From NCBI GenBank assembly GCA_964409365.1, contig CAYPCX010000009.1, positions 10,390-74,389 on the forward strand: DNA of 64,000 nt, given 5' to 3'. Source of the DNA: an uncultured Planctomycetia bacterium (GTDB taxonomy: Bacteria > Omnitrophota > Gorgyraeia > Tantalellales > Tantalellaceae). This document shows, piece by piece, positions 9,240 through 17,306 of the stretch. A program made the position numbers and the translations under genes. The notes below the pieces were generated by a model that was given only the letters and a program-made list of their open reading frames with translations, was not told the origin of the DNA and made no database searches. Within the stretch, counting starts at the first letter, position 1; every line of letters begins with the position of its first letter.

Positions 9240-10091
9240 TCAGTTTTGTTTTTTGCTGATTTTCCGCAATTTTCTCACGATTTCCTTAGTGATATAGTCC
9301 GGGGTCGAGGCGCCCGCCATTATGCCGGCCTTTTTGGTGCCTTTGAACCAGGCCTTTTTCAGGTCTTTGGCCGATTCTATCCAGTGGGTATTCCTGTTCA
9401 TGCCCCTGGATATCTGGTACAGGCGTTTCGTGTTCGCGCTTGTCTTTGAACCGACTATAAGCACTATATCGTTCTTCCCGGGCAGCGATCTTATCTCCTG
9501 CTGTTTGACCCGGGTGGTCCGGCAGGTGGTGTCGTACAGTTTTACCTTTGGTATGATCTTTTTCAAGCGTTCCATGATCCCCCGGATGTTGTCCGAGCTC
9601 TGTGTCGATTGTGTTATAACAGCGGCCTTTTTGATACGCGCCAATCTTTTTACAGGTATCCTCTTCGAAGATTCAATGGTTATAGGTCTGGTCTTAAGCT
9701 GGCCGGCGATACCTTTTACTTCGTCATGGTTGATGTCGCCGATTATGATCATCTTGTTGTTTTTCTCGAGCCGTTTGGCTATTTTGTAAATGTCTTTCAC
9801 TTTGGGGCAGGTAGCGTCGACCACCTTATATCCGCATTTTTTTGCCTTATCGAAAACGCTTTTCGGGGCCCCGTGCGCTCTTATGAGGAGTGTCGAGCCT
9901 TTGTCCCGGGCCGTCAGGTTCTTTATCTTTTTTACGCCTTTTTCCGAAAGCTCCCTGACTACGAAGGTGTTATGGACGATATCCCCGAGCACGTAGACGT
10001 TATTTTTGCTTCCGGCCAGGTCCTTGCTTATGTTTATCGCGCGCCTGACACCGAAACAGAAACCCGAACTTTTAGCGATATTTATTTTCAT
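9240..10091 (-). CDS. ispH: 4-hydroxy-3-methylbut-2-enyl diphosphate reductase
   Basis: SGFCFGVRRAI, GDIVHN, ATCPKV and TTCRTT motifs typical of IspH/LytB. Confidence 0.9.
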   Translation of the reverse strand: MKINIAKSSGFCFGVRRAINISKDLAGSKNNVYVLGDIVHNTFVVRELSEKGVKKIKNLTARDKGSTLLIRAHGAPKSVFDKAKKCGYKVVDATCPKVKDIYKIAKRLEKNNKMIIIGDINHDEVKGIAGQLKTRPITIESSKRIPVKRLARIKKAAVITQSTQSSDNIRGIMERLKKIIPKVKLYDTTCRTTRVKQQEIRSLPGKNDIVLIVGSKTSANTKRLYQISRGMNRNTHWIESAKDLKKAWFKGTKKAGIMAGASTPDYITKEIVRKLRKISKKQN

Positions 10092-11149
10092 GTGTCCATA
10101 CCGGAAAAGAGTTTTTGAGAAAGGACTTTCAGCGCCTTTTTGTGCCCTTTTTTCATTTTGAGAGAGCGGAGAAGGGGGTCCGTTTTATCAAGAAGGCCGG
10201 ATATCGTGTCCAGGCAATGGTCCAGGGCTCCGGTCGTGATAACCAGCTTCCTGAACTTCGTGAGGTCCGTGTAGGTCTTTTTCTTTTTTTCCATGAGGTT
10301 TTTTAAGGTTTTCCTGCCACTTTTGTCCAGTTTACTGTAAGCGGACCATACGAGTAGTGTCTTTTTGGATTCGTCCAGGTCCGAAAGGACAGGTTTACCT
10401 ATTTTTTTGCTTGTGGAGAACACGTCAAGCAGGTCATCATATATCTGAAAGGCCTGTCCCAGCAGGATACCCAGCTTTGAAAGTTTTTTTATCTCTTTCC
10501 TGTCGGCCCCTGCCAGCACGGCCCCCATGACAAGGGGACATTCAAACGTATATTTGGCCGTTTTGAGGGTATATGTCAGGAATATGGACTTTCTCGATAT
10601 TCTGTCGACGCTCTCCATGCCGCTGGTAACGTCCAGGAACTCTCCGGCCGCGGTGGAAACCGCCGCCTCTGCCAGAAGTTTTAAGGCCTCTTCTTTGCGT
10701 GCCGGGGTTTCGTCCGAGGAAAGCAAGGCATCTATCGCCAGAGCGAACATCGCGTCCCCGGCGACTATGCTCAGGTCGGGGCCCGTTTTGCTTTTTCCTG
10801 GAAGACCGAGTTTCTTGTTAAAGACCTTATGCAGTGTCGGCTTCCCGCGTCTGATGGCGGAGTCGTCGATCACGTCGTCATGCGCCAGGAAAAAGTCGTG
10901 CATGAGTTCCAGCGAAAGGGCGCTCCTTAGGAGCTTTTTACGGGAAAAACTTTTTCTTTTCGTATATCCGAGATAGCTTATAAGAAAAAGAAGGGGGCGT
11001 ATCTTTTTGCCCTTGCGCCGCAGGAAGTCCTTTATGCCCGCGTAAAGCAGGCCCGATGCCCGGTCAAGGCCGTGCTTTTTATTGGCATACGGCAGGAAAT
11101 ACGCGAGTTCCCTGTCTATGTCTTTTTTGAGTTTTTCCAGCATGACCAT
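10088..11149 (-). CDS. Polyprenyl diphosphate synthase (FPP/GGPP synthase family)
   Basis: Two DDxxD motifs (AHDDVIDD and IYDDLLD). Overlaps ispH by 4 nt, so likely one operon. Confidence 0.8.
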   Translation of the reverse strand: MVMLEKLKKDIDRELAYFLPYANKKHGLDRASGLLYAGIKDFLRRKGKKIRPLLFLISYLGYTKRKSFSRKKLLRSALSLELMHDFFLAHDDVIDDSAIRRGKPTLHKVFNKKLGLPGKSKTGPDLSIVAGDAMFALAIDALLSSDETPARKEEALKLLAEAAVSTAAGEFLDVTSGMESVDRISRKSIFLTYTLKTAKYTFECPLVMGAVLAGADRKEIKKLSKLGILLGQAFQIYDDLLDVFSTSKKIGKPVLSDLDESKKTLLVWSAYSKLDKSGRKTLKNLMEKKKKTYTDLTKFRKLVITTGALDHCLDTISGLLDKTDPLLRSLKMKKGHKKALKVLSQKLFSGMDT

Positions 11150-11288
11150 GTTCTTTCTATATGAGATCCCTCGCTATGCTCAGGATAAATTCGGTCAACA
11201 GGCTTACGTCGTTTCACTCCGTAAGCCTGGACCTCATTTACTCTAACATAACTAATAACGGGCGGCAATAAAATTCAGGGTCAAGGGA

Positions 11289-11557
11289 GTCAGGTCTCAG
11301 GTGTCAGGTTTCAGGTGGCAGGTAACAGAAAACAGAAGACAGAAGGAAGTGTCAGAGTGTCACCGCTCGCTACGCTCGCTAGTGTCATAGTGTCAGTTTC
11401 AGGCGACTTGCGACTTGCGACTGGTGACTGGTGACTTGCGACTGGTTACTGGTTACTGGTTACTGGTTACTGGTTACTTTATCCTTGATACTCGACACTT
11501 TTTCCTTTTTCCTTTATCCTTGTTACTTGTTACTTGCTACTTGACACTTTATATGCT
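11289..11557. repeat. Heptamer-phased tandem-repeat blocks filling the divergent intergenic region
   Basis: Consecutive 7-bp unit arrays: TCAGGTN x5, ACAGAAG x3, AGTGTCA x4, GCGACTT/GTGACTG/GTTACTG x9, TTTATCC/TTTTTCC, TTGTTAC x3. Confidence 0.8.
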
Positions 11558-11582
11558 ATTTTCATTTAGTAAGGCAGGCCTT

Positions 11583-12941
11583 ATGAAAAAACTGATCGAT
11601 ATAGTTCCCGAACAGTACCGCGAAGAGCTCTTGAAAAAACGCACCTCGCTTATCAAGAACAGGGTGCTTCTTCTGTGCATTCTGGCTATCGCTATATATT
11701 TTGCCGTCGCCGCAATATATGTCCTGATAAATCCCGAAGAGTTCAGGACCCTCGATATCGTTGCCGGCCTGGCACTTGCGGCGGGCGCCGCGGCCGTGAT
11801 CTTTCTTAACAGGAAGTCCAGGACGCTGGTCGCGGCTAAATTCAACGCGTATCTTTTCATAGTTTTTCTTTTGGCTCTTGCCGTGAAAATGGGGATAGCT
11901 TATGCCGATGACGCCGAGACCAGCGCAACGACCCTGGTCTTTATCCTGTTCCTGGTATCTTCCACCATACCCTGGACGCCTTTTGAGATCGTATTGATAG
12001 GGGTGATGCATTCTGTCGCTTACACGGCCACGTACTTTATTGTCAATTATGTTCCCGGCCTGGAAATGGAACCTTTTACTATCAGGGATTTCCTGGACGG
12101 CCTGATCTTCATAGTTATGGTCCTGGTGTTGTGCGTTGTGATCCGCAGGAAGGACGCCGTGATGTATACCGAGGATTTCGTCCTCCTTAAAAGAGTCGAA
12201 TCTCAGAAAGAGCAGATGCATGACGAGCTGGAGTTCGCGACGAGGATACAAAAAACCCTTGTCCCGGGCCCCCTGGGCAATGACAGGGTGGATATAGCCG
12301 TGGATTATCTCCCGGTCTATTATATGGGCGGGGATTACGCGAAGTACAACGTGCTCGATGAGTACAGGATAATATTCATCATGTGCGATGTCACCGGCCA
12401 CGGCGTTCCGGCGGCTCTTTTGGTCAACAGGATACATGCCGAATTCGAGCGGCTGGCGAAGGAAGGCAGGGAACCCGGAGCGCTTTTGAACGAGCTTAAC
12501 GGCTTCATAAAAGAGGATTTTGAAGGGACTGACATGTACCTCACCGCTTTCTGCGGTCTGCTGGATTTCAGTAAAAAGGAGCTTTTGTATTCGAACTACG
12601 GGCACCCGCCGCAGTATCTTTACCGCGCGTCGTTATCATCTGTACAGGCCATGCCGGCGCAGACCGCGCTCTTAGGGCTTCCTTTCGATGATACGAACAT
12701 TTACCAGGACAGTATCCCGTTCGGCAAAGGGGACAGGGTGCTGCTTTTCACCGACGGGGTCACCGAGACGTTCAACGACAGGAAAGAAGAATTCGGCACT
12801 GGAAGAGTGGAAGACCTTCTTGCCAGGGAGCACGCGATCCCGGCGGGCGAGTTCAACCAGAAGCTTATCGGCGAGTTGAACGCCTTCAAGAGCGGAGACT
12901 TCAGGGACGACATATTCATCATGAGTGTCGCTATAAAATAG
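11583..12941 (+). CDS. Membrane-anchored PP2C-type (SpoIIE/RsbU family) serine phosphatase
   Basis: N-terminal multi-TM region then a PP2C core (CDVTGHGVPAALL, LFTDGVTE). Start re-picked at ATG 11583. The track ORF start at 11415 only reads through the repeat array. Confidence 0.75.
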   Translation: MKKLIDIVPEQYREELLKKRTSLIKNRVLLLCILAIAIYFAVAAIYVLINPEEFRTLDIVAGLALAAGAAAVIFLNRKSRTLVAAKFNAYLFIVFLLALAVKMGIAYADDAETSATTLVFILFLVSSTIPWTPFEIVLIGVMHSVAYTATYFIVNYVPGLEMEPFTIRDFLDGLIFIVMVLVLCVVIRRKDAVMYTEDFVLLKRVESQKEQMHDELEFATRIQKTLVPGPLGNDRVDIAVDYLPVYYMGGDYAKYNVLDEYRIIFIMCDVTGHGVPAALLVNRIHAEFERLAKEGREPGALLNELNGFIKEDFEGTDMYLTAFCGLLDFSKKELLYSNYGHPPQYLYRASLSSVQAMPAQTALLGLPFDDTNIYQDSIPFGKGDRVLLFTDGVTETFNDRKEEFGTGRVEDLLAREHAIPAGEFNQKLIGELNAFKSGDFRDDIFIMSVAIK

Positions 12942-12969
12942 TTGAAAACGTCCGTTTAAGTTGTATAAT
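12942..12969 (+). promoter_or_regulatory. sigma70-like promoter TTGAAA-16-TATAAT for the small basic protein gene
   Basis: Hexamers read directly. Followed by GAGGAGG RBS. Confidence 0.5.
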
Positions 12970-12995
12970 ATCTCAGCGATCGCATAGAGGAGGAT

Positions 12996-13232
12996 ATGAT
13001 GAAACCCAGAAAGAACTACCGTACACGCCCGAAGAAGACCGGCGGCAAGAAAAAACAAAGGGTTGCCGCCCAGAAAAGGCGGCTCGTGGCTGCCGGATAC
13101 GATAAGGTAAAACTGGATAAATTGACCACTGTAGAGGTACGGGAACTCCAGAAGAAAGCGGGCAAAAAAAAAGGTTCGTCTTCTCCCAGAAAGAGGACAG
13201 CAAAAGCCAAAGCAAAGGTCTCAAAAAAATAG
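12996..13232 (+). CDS. Small (78 aa) very lysine-rich basic protein; possible histone H1-like nucleoid protein
   Basis: Strong RBS and promoter. K/R/A-rich tail (AKAKAKVSKK). The second ATG at 12999 has better SD spacing. Confidence 0.55.
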   Translation: MMKPRKNYRTRPKKTGGKKKQRVAAQKRRLVAAGYDKVKLDKLTTVEVRELQKKAGKKKGSSSPRKRTAKAKAKVSKK

Positions 13233-13233
13233 C

Positions 13234-15144
13234 TTACTCGCAGACGTTATAGGAACATTTGCAGTAAAAGGAAAGCATTTTCTCGGCTATTTTCTTCCAG
13301 CAGAATTCATTCCTTGCCAGTTCGAGCCCGTTGCGGGCTATTTTACTCCGGAAGGTCACATTTTTGTTGAGCACTAAAAGCGCCCAGCTCAGGTCTTTCT
13401 TGTTCACCGGGTTGACGATAAGACAGTTGTGCTTGTTCTTGAGGTATTTTCTGATGCCGGCGCGTTCGCTTACTATGACCGCTGACCCGCAGGCCATGGC
13501 CTCGGCGGCTGTCATCCCAAAGGGCTCGAATTTTGACGGCAGGACGAAGGCCTTGGCTTTCCTGTAATAAGAAGGAACAAAGTTGTCTTTGATGTGCCCG
13601 GTGTAAAAGATCCTGTTTTTGATCTGGGCTGCGTCAACTATTTCGCGAAGGTCCTGTTTTAGTTTTATCTCCCTGGTTTCCGGTCTTTTGGAACCTCCGC
13701 CGATCACGAGGAAAAGGTCTTTTGCCCTGGTAACGACCTTGGCGAAGGCCCTTAACAGGTAATCCAGGCCCTTGTTCGTGTCGAACCTGCCCATCCAGAA
13801 TATATAGTTCTGGGGGACGTCTATTTTTTTCTCTTTTTCTCCGCTTCTTAAGGGCCTGAAGAGGTTGGTATTCACACCGGCCGGGATGACGGTGTAGTTC
13901 TTTGACCTGTAGTTGTAGAACTTTTTTGAGAGTCTGACCATGTCCGGGCTCGTCATCACGAGTCCCCGGGCCTTCTTAAATATGATACGCTCGTATTTTA
14001 TCCTTTTTTTGAAGTTGAAAACTTTTTCCATCGTCTTCGTGTCGCCGCCCATCTGGAATTTCTTCCACGCGCCGAGGGAGTGATGAGTATGTATGAAGGG
14101 GCAGTGCAGCCGCTCGGTCAGTTTTATGGCGACATATCCGGCGCCCCAGTAATGCGAGTGGAACACGTCGTATGCCAGGCCCTGTTCCTTCATGAAACGC
14201 TCCATGTTCCTGGTAAAGGTGTCCAGATACGGAAAAAGTTTCTCTTTGGCTATGAACTTATCTCCGCCGCAAGGTATCCTTATTATGCGTACGTTCTTAG
14301 AGACGGGCTCTATTGTTCTCCTTTTCTGGAACTTCCTCGTGTAGATATCGACCTTGATGCCTTTTTTAGCTATGGCCTTGGCCAGTTCCAGGACGTAAGT
14401 GACCTGTCCGCCGGTATCCGTTTTACCGAGTGTCGGTTTAGCTTCGACATAGCCGTGGATGGACAGCATGCATACCCGTTTGATGTTGCTGGTGACCTTC
14501 CAGATGTCCGCCAGGGAGTAGTTTTTCCCTACCAGTATGTCTGCCAGTTTCGCGTGTTTGGATATGATGCCGTGTTCTATGGCCAGTATCTTCCTGTCAT
14601 AATCGTCTATTTTTTCCCTTTTTCTTTCCAGCCGGGTCTTGAGGGTGTCCCTGTAAGTGGGCAAAAGAAAGACCCTCTTATTGGCGTTCTTAAGCAGGGT
14701 GGTGTAGGTGCCCTCGATTATGAGCACCTCCGCTGTTTTGCACCTCAGGGTCTCCTTGCCGATCTTATCATTGTTGAAGTCGACGAGAGGTTTCAGGAGT
14801 TTTCCCGCACTGCAGTGTTTGAACCGCGCGATGTGCCTGTCCAGAAGGTCGAGTTTTACTTCGGAAGGCCCCACGATGGAGATATCCCTGCGGCGCATCA
14901 AATAGTTGGTCTTCGGGGGATAACGGAAATAGTCATCCTGGTGGATAGTGACGCTCTTTATGTCGTCCTTTTTGAAGAGGCGCGCCAGTTCATGGGCGAT
15001 CTCGGTCTTCCCCGAACCGGATTCGCCCGCTATGGTGATTACGTACCGTGAAGAGGAGGCCTGCACCTCGTGAAGTACCACCTTAACGATCTCTTTGGCC
15101 GCTTTTGTGTGGTGCCGTTTTATTATGAGTATATCCCCGCGCAT
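13234..15144 (-). CDS. Fusion protein: N-terminal uridine-kinase/phosphoribulokinase-like P-loop kinase domain + C-terminal sucrose-phosphate-synthase-like GT4 glycosyltransferase
   Basis: Walker A ITIAGESGSGKTEIA. Then HGY...LGKTDTGGQVTYVLELAKA (SPS/sucrose-synthase N-terminal signature) and the EPFGMTAAEAMACG GT4 motif. Confidence 0.7.
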   Translation of the reverse strand: MRGDILIIKRHHTKAAKEIVKVVLHEVQASSSRYVITIAGESGSGKTEIAHELARLFKKDDIKSVTIHQDDYFRYPPKTNYLMRRRDISIVGPSEVKLDLLDRHIARFKHCSAGKLLKPLVDFNNDKIGKETLRCKTAEVLIIEGTYTTLLKNANKRVFLLPTYRDTLKTRLERKREKIDDYDRKILAIEHGIISKHAKLADILVGKNYSLADIWKVTSNIKRVCMLSIHGYVEAKPTLGKTDTGGQVTYVLELAKAIAKKGIKVDIYTRKFQKRRTIEPVSKNVRIIRIPCGGDKFIAKEKLFPYLDTFTRNMERFMKEQGLAYDVFHSHYWGAGYVAIKLTERLHCPFIHTHHSLGAWKKFQMGGDTKTMEKVFNFKKRIKYERIIFKKARGLVMTSPDMVRLSKKFYNYRSKNYTVIPAGVNTNLFRPLRSGEKEKKIDVPQNYIFWMGRFDTNKGLDYLLRAFAKVVTRAKDLFLVIGGGSKRPETREIKLKQDLREIVDAAQIKNRIFYTGHIKDNFVPSYYRKAKAFVLPSKFEPFGMTAAEAMACGSAVIVSERAGIRKYLKNKHNCLIVNPVNKKDLSWALLVLNKNVTFRSKIARNGLELARNEFCWKKIAEKMLSFYCKCSYNVCE

Positions 15145-15285
15145 ATCGAATGCCTCGGACCCGCAAATATGATTTTCGTTGCCATCCGTTAGATATTTAT
15201 GCTATATATAATACTAAACTAATGGGCTAAAGCAAGCATATTTTGCCGGTACACGCGTGACTTACGTGGCTTACAGGAGGTTTTT

Positions 15286-16359
15286 ATGAAAATAGGTATG
15301 ATAGGAGCGTGGAACGCCGATTCCGGGGCGTCGATCCACGCCGAGCTTGTGGGCAGGGCCTGGGTCGAAAAGGGCATAGATCTCAAGGTCTTCACGTTCT
15401 ACAAACACGCCTTCCACGGCACCGCTCTTACTAAAAAACAGGATGAGGATTATGTTACGCGCTGTTTCACCGCTTACGGGTTCCCCGACCAGCAATTGGA
15501 TTCCAAGCCTATACTTGAAGCCGATTACGATATATTCGTCGCCCAGGACCTCGGCATGCTCCCCATGAACCTTTTACTGAACATATTCCCCGAGATACAG
15601 AAGAAAGCCAAGACCATCAATGTCGTCCACGATGGGGAGCTTTCCAGAAAGCCGGAATATTTCAAATTCAACTGGGACCACGTGGTCTGCTTTGACGACA
15701 GGTATTATGATTTTCTCAAGGGCGCGTATCCGGAGGGCATCCTGAGCATAATACCTTATCCTTCATACCCCCTTAAGCCCGGTGATATGGCGGAATCCAG
15801 GAAAGAGCTGGATCTTCCGATGGACAAGAAAATAGTCCTTCTTTTCGGCCAGGCGGCCGAGCACGCACTGAACACGGTCATCGTCCTGGACCGCCTGGCG
15901 GACAAGTATGATATATGCCTCGTCCTCCTTACCGAGGTGGAGAAGGTCCTCAGCGAGTTCAGGCGAATACAGGACAGGGTGAAGTTCGATTTCAAGGTGA
16001 TCGAGAAGTCCCCGGACCAGGATCTTCTTTTTAAATATCTATACGCTTCGGACTGCATGATCTACAACAAGCACTGGGCTCCCGTGGTCGTTGTGGGAAG
16101 CACTATATTCCAATGCCTGGGGTCTATGTGCCCGATCCTCGCCCGCGACACCAACTATGTTTATTCTTTCGGCAGGGAGGTCCTGAAGCACAAGCACTAT
16201 TATGACCTGGAAGACAACCTGATCGATGTGTTCGAGAAAGGTCAAAGATACCAGATACAGCAGAAAGTGGTCGAGGATTACCTGGGCAGGAACGCCGCGG
16301 CCCCGACCGCCCAGAAATTCCTTGAGCTTTTTGAGGACCTTTTAAAGAAAGAAAGATAG
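15286..16359 (+). CDS. Hypothetical protein with GT-B glycosyltransferase-like N-terminus
   Basis: MKIGMIGAWNADSGASIHAELV...GIDLKVFT resembles a GT-B N-terminal fold. No canonical C-terminal GT4 motif. AGGAGG RBS. Confidence 0.4.
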   Translation: MKIGMIGAWNADSGASIHAELVGRAWVEKGIDLKVFTFYKHAFHGTALTKKQDEDYVTRCFTAYGFPDQQLDSKPILEADYDIFVAQDLGMLPMNLLLNIFPEIQKKAKTINVVHDGELSRKPEYFKFNWDHVVCFDDRYYDFLKGAYPEGILSIIPYPSYPLKPGDMAESRKELDLPMDKKIVLLFGQAAEHALNTVIVLDRLADKYDICLVLLTEVEKVLSEFRRIQDRVKFDFKVIEKSPDQDLLFKYLYASDCMIYNKHWAPVVVVGSTIFQCLGSMCPILARDTNYVYSFGREVLKHKHYYDLEDNLIDVFEKGQRYQIQQKVVEDYLGRNAAAPTAQKFLELFEDLLKKER

Positions 16360-16373
16360 AGAGGAGAGTAAAA

Positions 16374-17294
16374 ATGGTGATGAAAAGATATAAAGGCAAC
16401 CCCATACTCGCTCCGAGGGGGAACGGATGGGAATCCGTTATGGTGTATAATGCAGCCGTTATCTACGAAGGCGGGAAGGTGCATATACTTTACAGGGCGC
16501 AGGGCGGCAAGACGGGCCCCTCAAGAGTAGGGTACGCTTCCAGTAAGGACGGGTTCAACATAGACGAGAGGCTGGATCATCCGATCTTCGGGCCCAGTCC
16601 CGACAGCGACCTTGATTTCTTCGGTATAGAGGATCCCAGGCTGACAAGGGTAGAGGATACGATATATCTCAATTACACGGCTTACGGGTCCAATATGGGC
16701 ATGGTGTTCCCGGTCAAGGGCGTACAGGTGGCGATCACGTCCATATCGGTGGATGATTTCCTCAACAAGAAATGGAACTGGGGGGAAAGGATATACCCCT
16801 TCTACAGAGTGGACAATAAGAATTCGTTCTTCCTGCCCGAGAAAGTGAACGGCAAATTCGTCCTGATACACAGAATACCGCCGCACATGTGGATCGCTTA
16901 TTCGGATGACCTTAAGAACTGGGAGAACCAGAAGATCCTCATGAGCCCCCAGTTCGACTGGGAGTATTTCAAGATAGGGGGAGGCGCCCCGCCGATCAAG
17001 ACGGACAAGGGCTGGATAACGATATACCACGGCGTCGACCGTAAGATGCAATACCGCCTGGGGCTTGCGCTCCTGGACCTCGAAGATCCGGGCAAGGTGA
17101 TCGCCAGGTATGACAAGCCCTTTCTCGAACCCGAGACCGATTATGAAAAGAGCGGCGTCGTGCCGAACGTCACTTTCACTTGCGGGGCAGTGACCATCGG
17201 TGATGAGCTGTTCCTGTATTACGGCGGGGCCGATACCGTTATCTGTGTTGCCACGGCCAAGGTCAAGGATGTCCTTAAGCTTTTGAACGTCTGA
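16374..17294 (+). CDS. GH130-family glycoside phosphorylase (beta-mannoside phosphorylase family, DUF377)
   Basis: NPIL, NAAVIY, DPRL, YYGGAD and related motifs of GH130. Confidence 0.75.
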   Translation: MVMKRYKGNPILAPRGNGWESVMVYNAAVIYEGGKVHILYRAQGGKTGPSRVGYASSKDGFNIDERLDHPIFGPSPDSDLDFFGIEDPRLTRVEDTIYLNYTAYGSNMGMVFPVKGVQVAITSISVDDFLNKKWNWGERIYPFYRVDNKNSFFLPEKVNGKFVLIHRIPPHMWIAYSDDLKNWENQKILMSPQFDWEYFKIGGGAPPIKTDKGWITIYHGVDRKMQYRLGLALLDLEDPGKVIARYDKPFLEPETDYEKSGVVPNVTFTCGAVTIGDELFLYYGGADTVICVATAKVKDVLKLLNV

Positions 17295-17306
17295 TAAGAG
17301 TTTTTT

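Noticed and set aside
11415-11582. N-terminal extension of the PP2C phosphatase ORF starting at TTG 11415.
   Set aside because: The extension merely translates the heptamer repeat array (LVTGY repeats). A clean ATG at 11583 begins the real protein.
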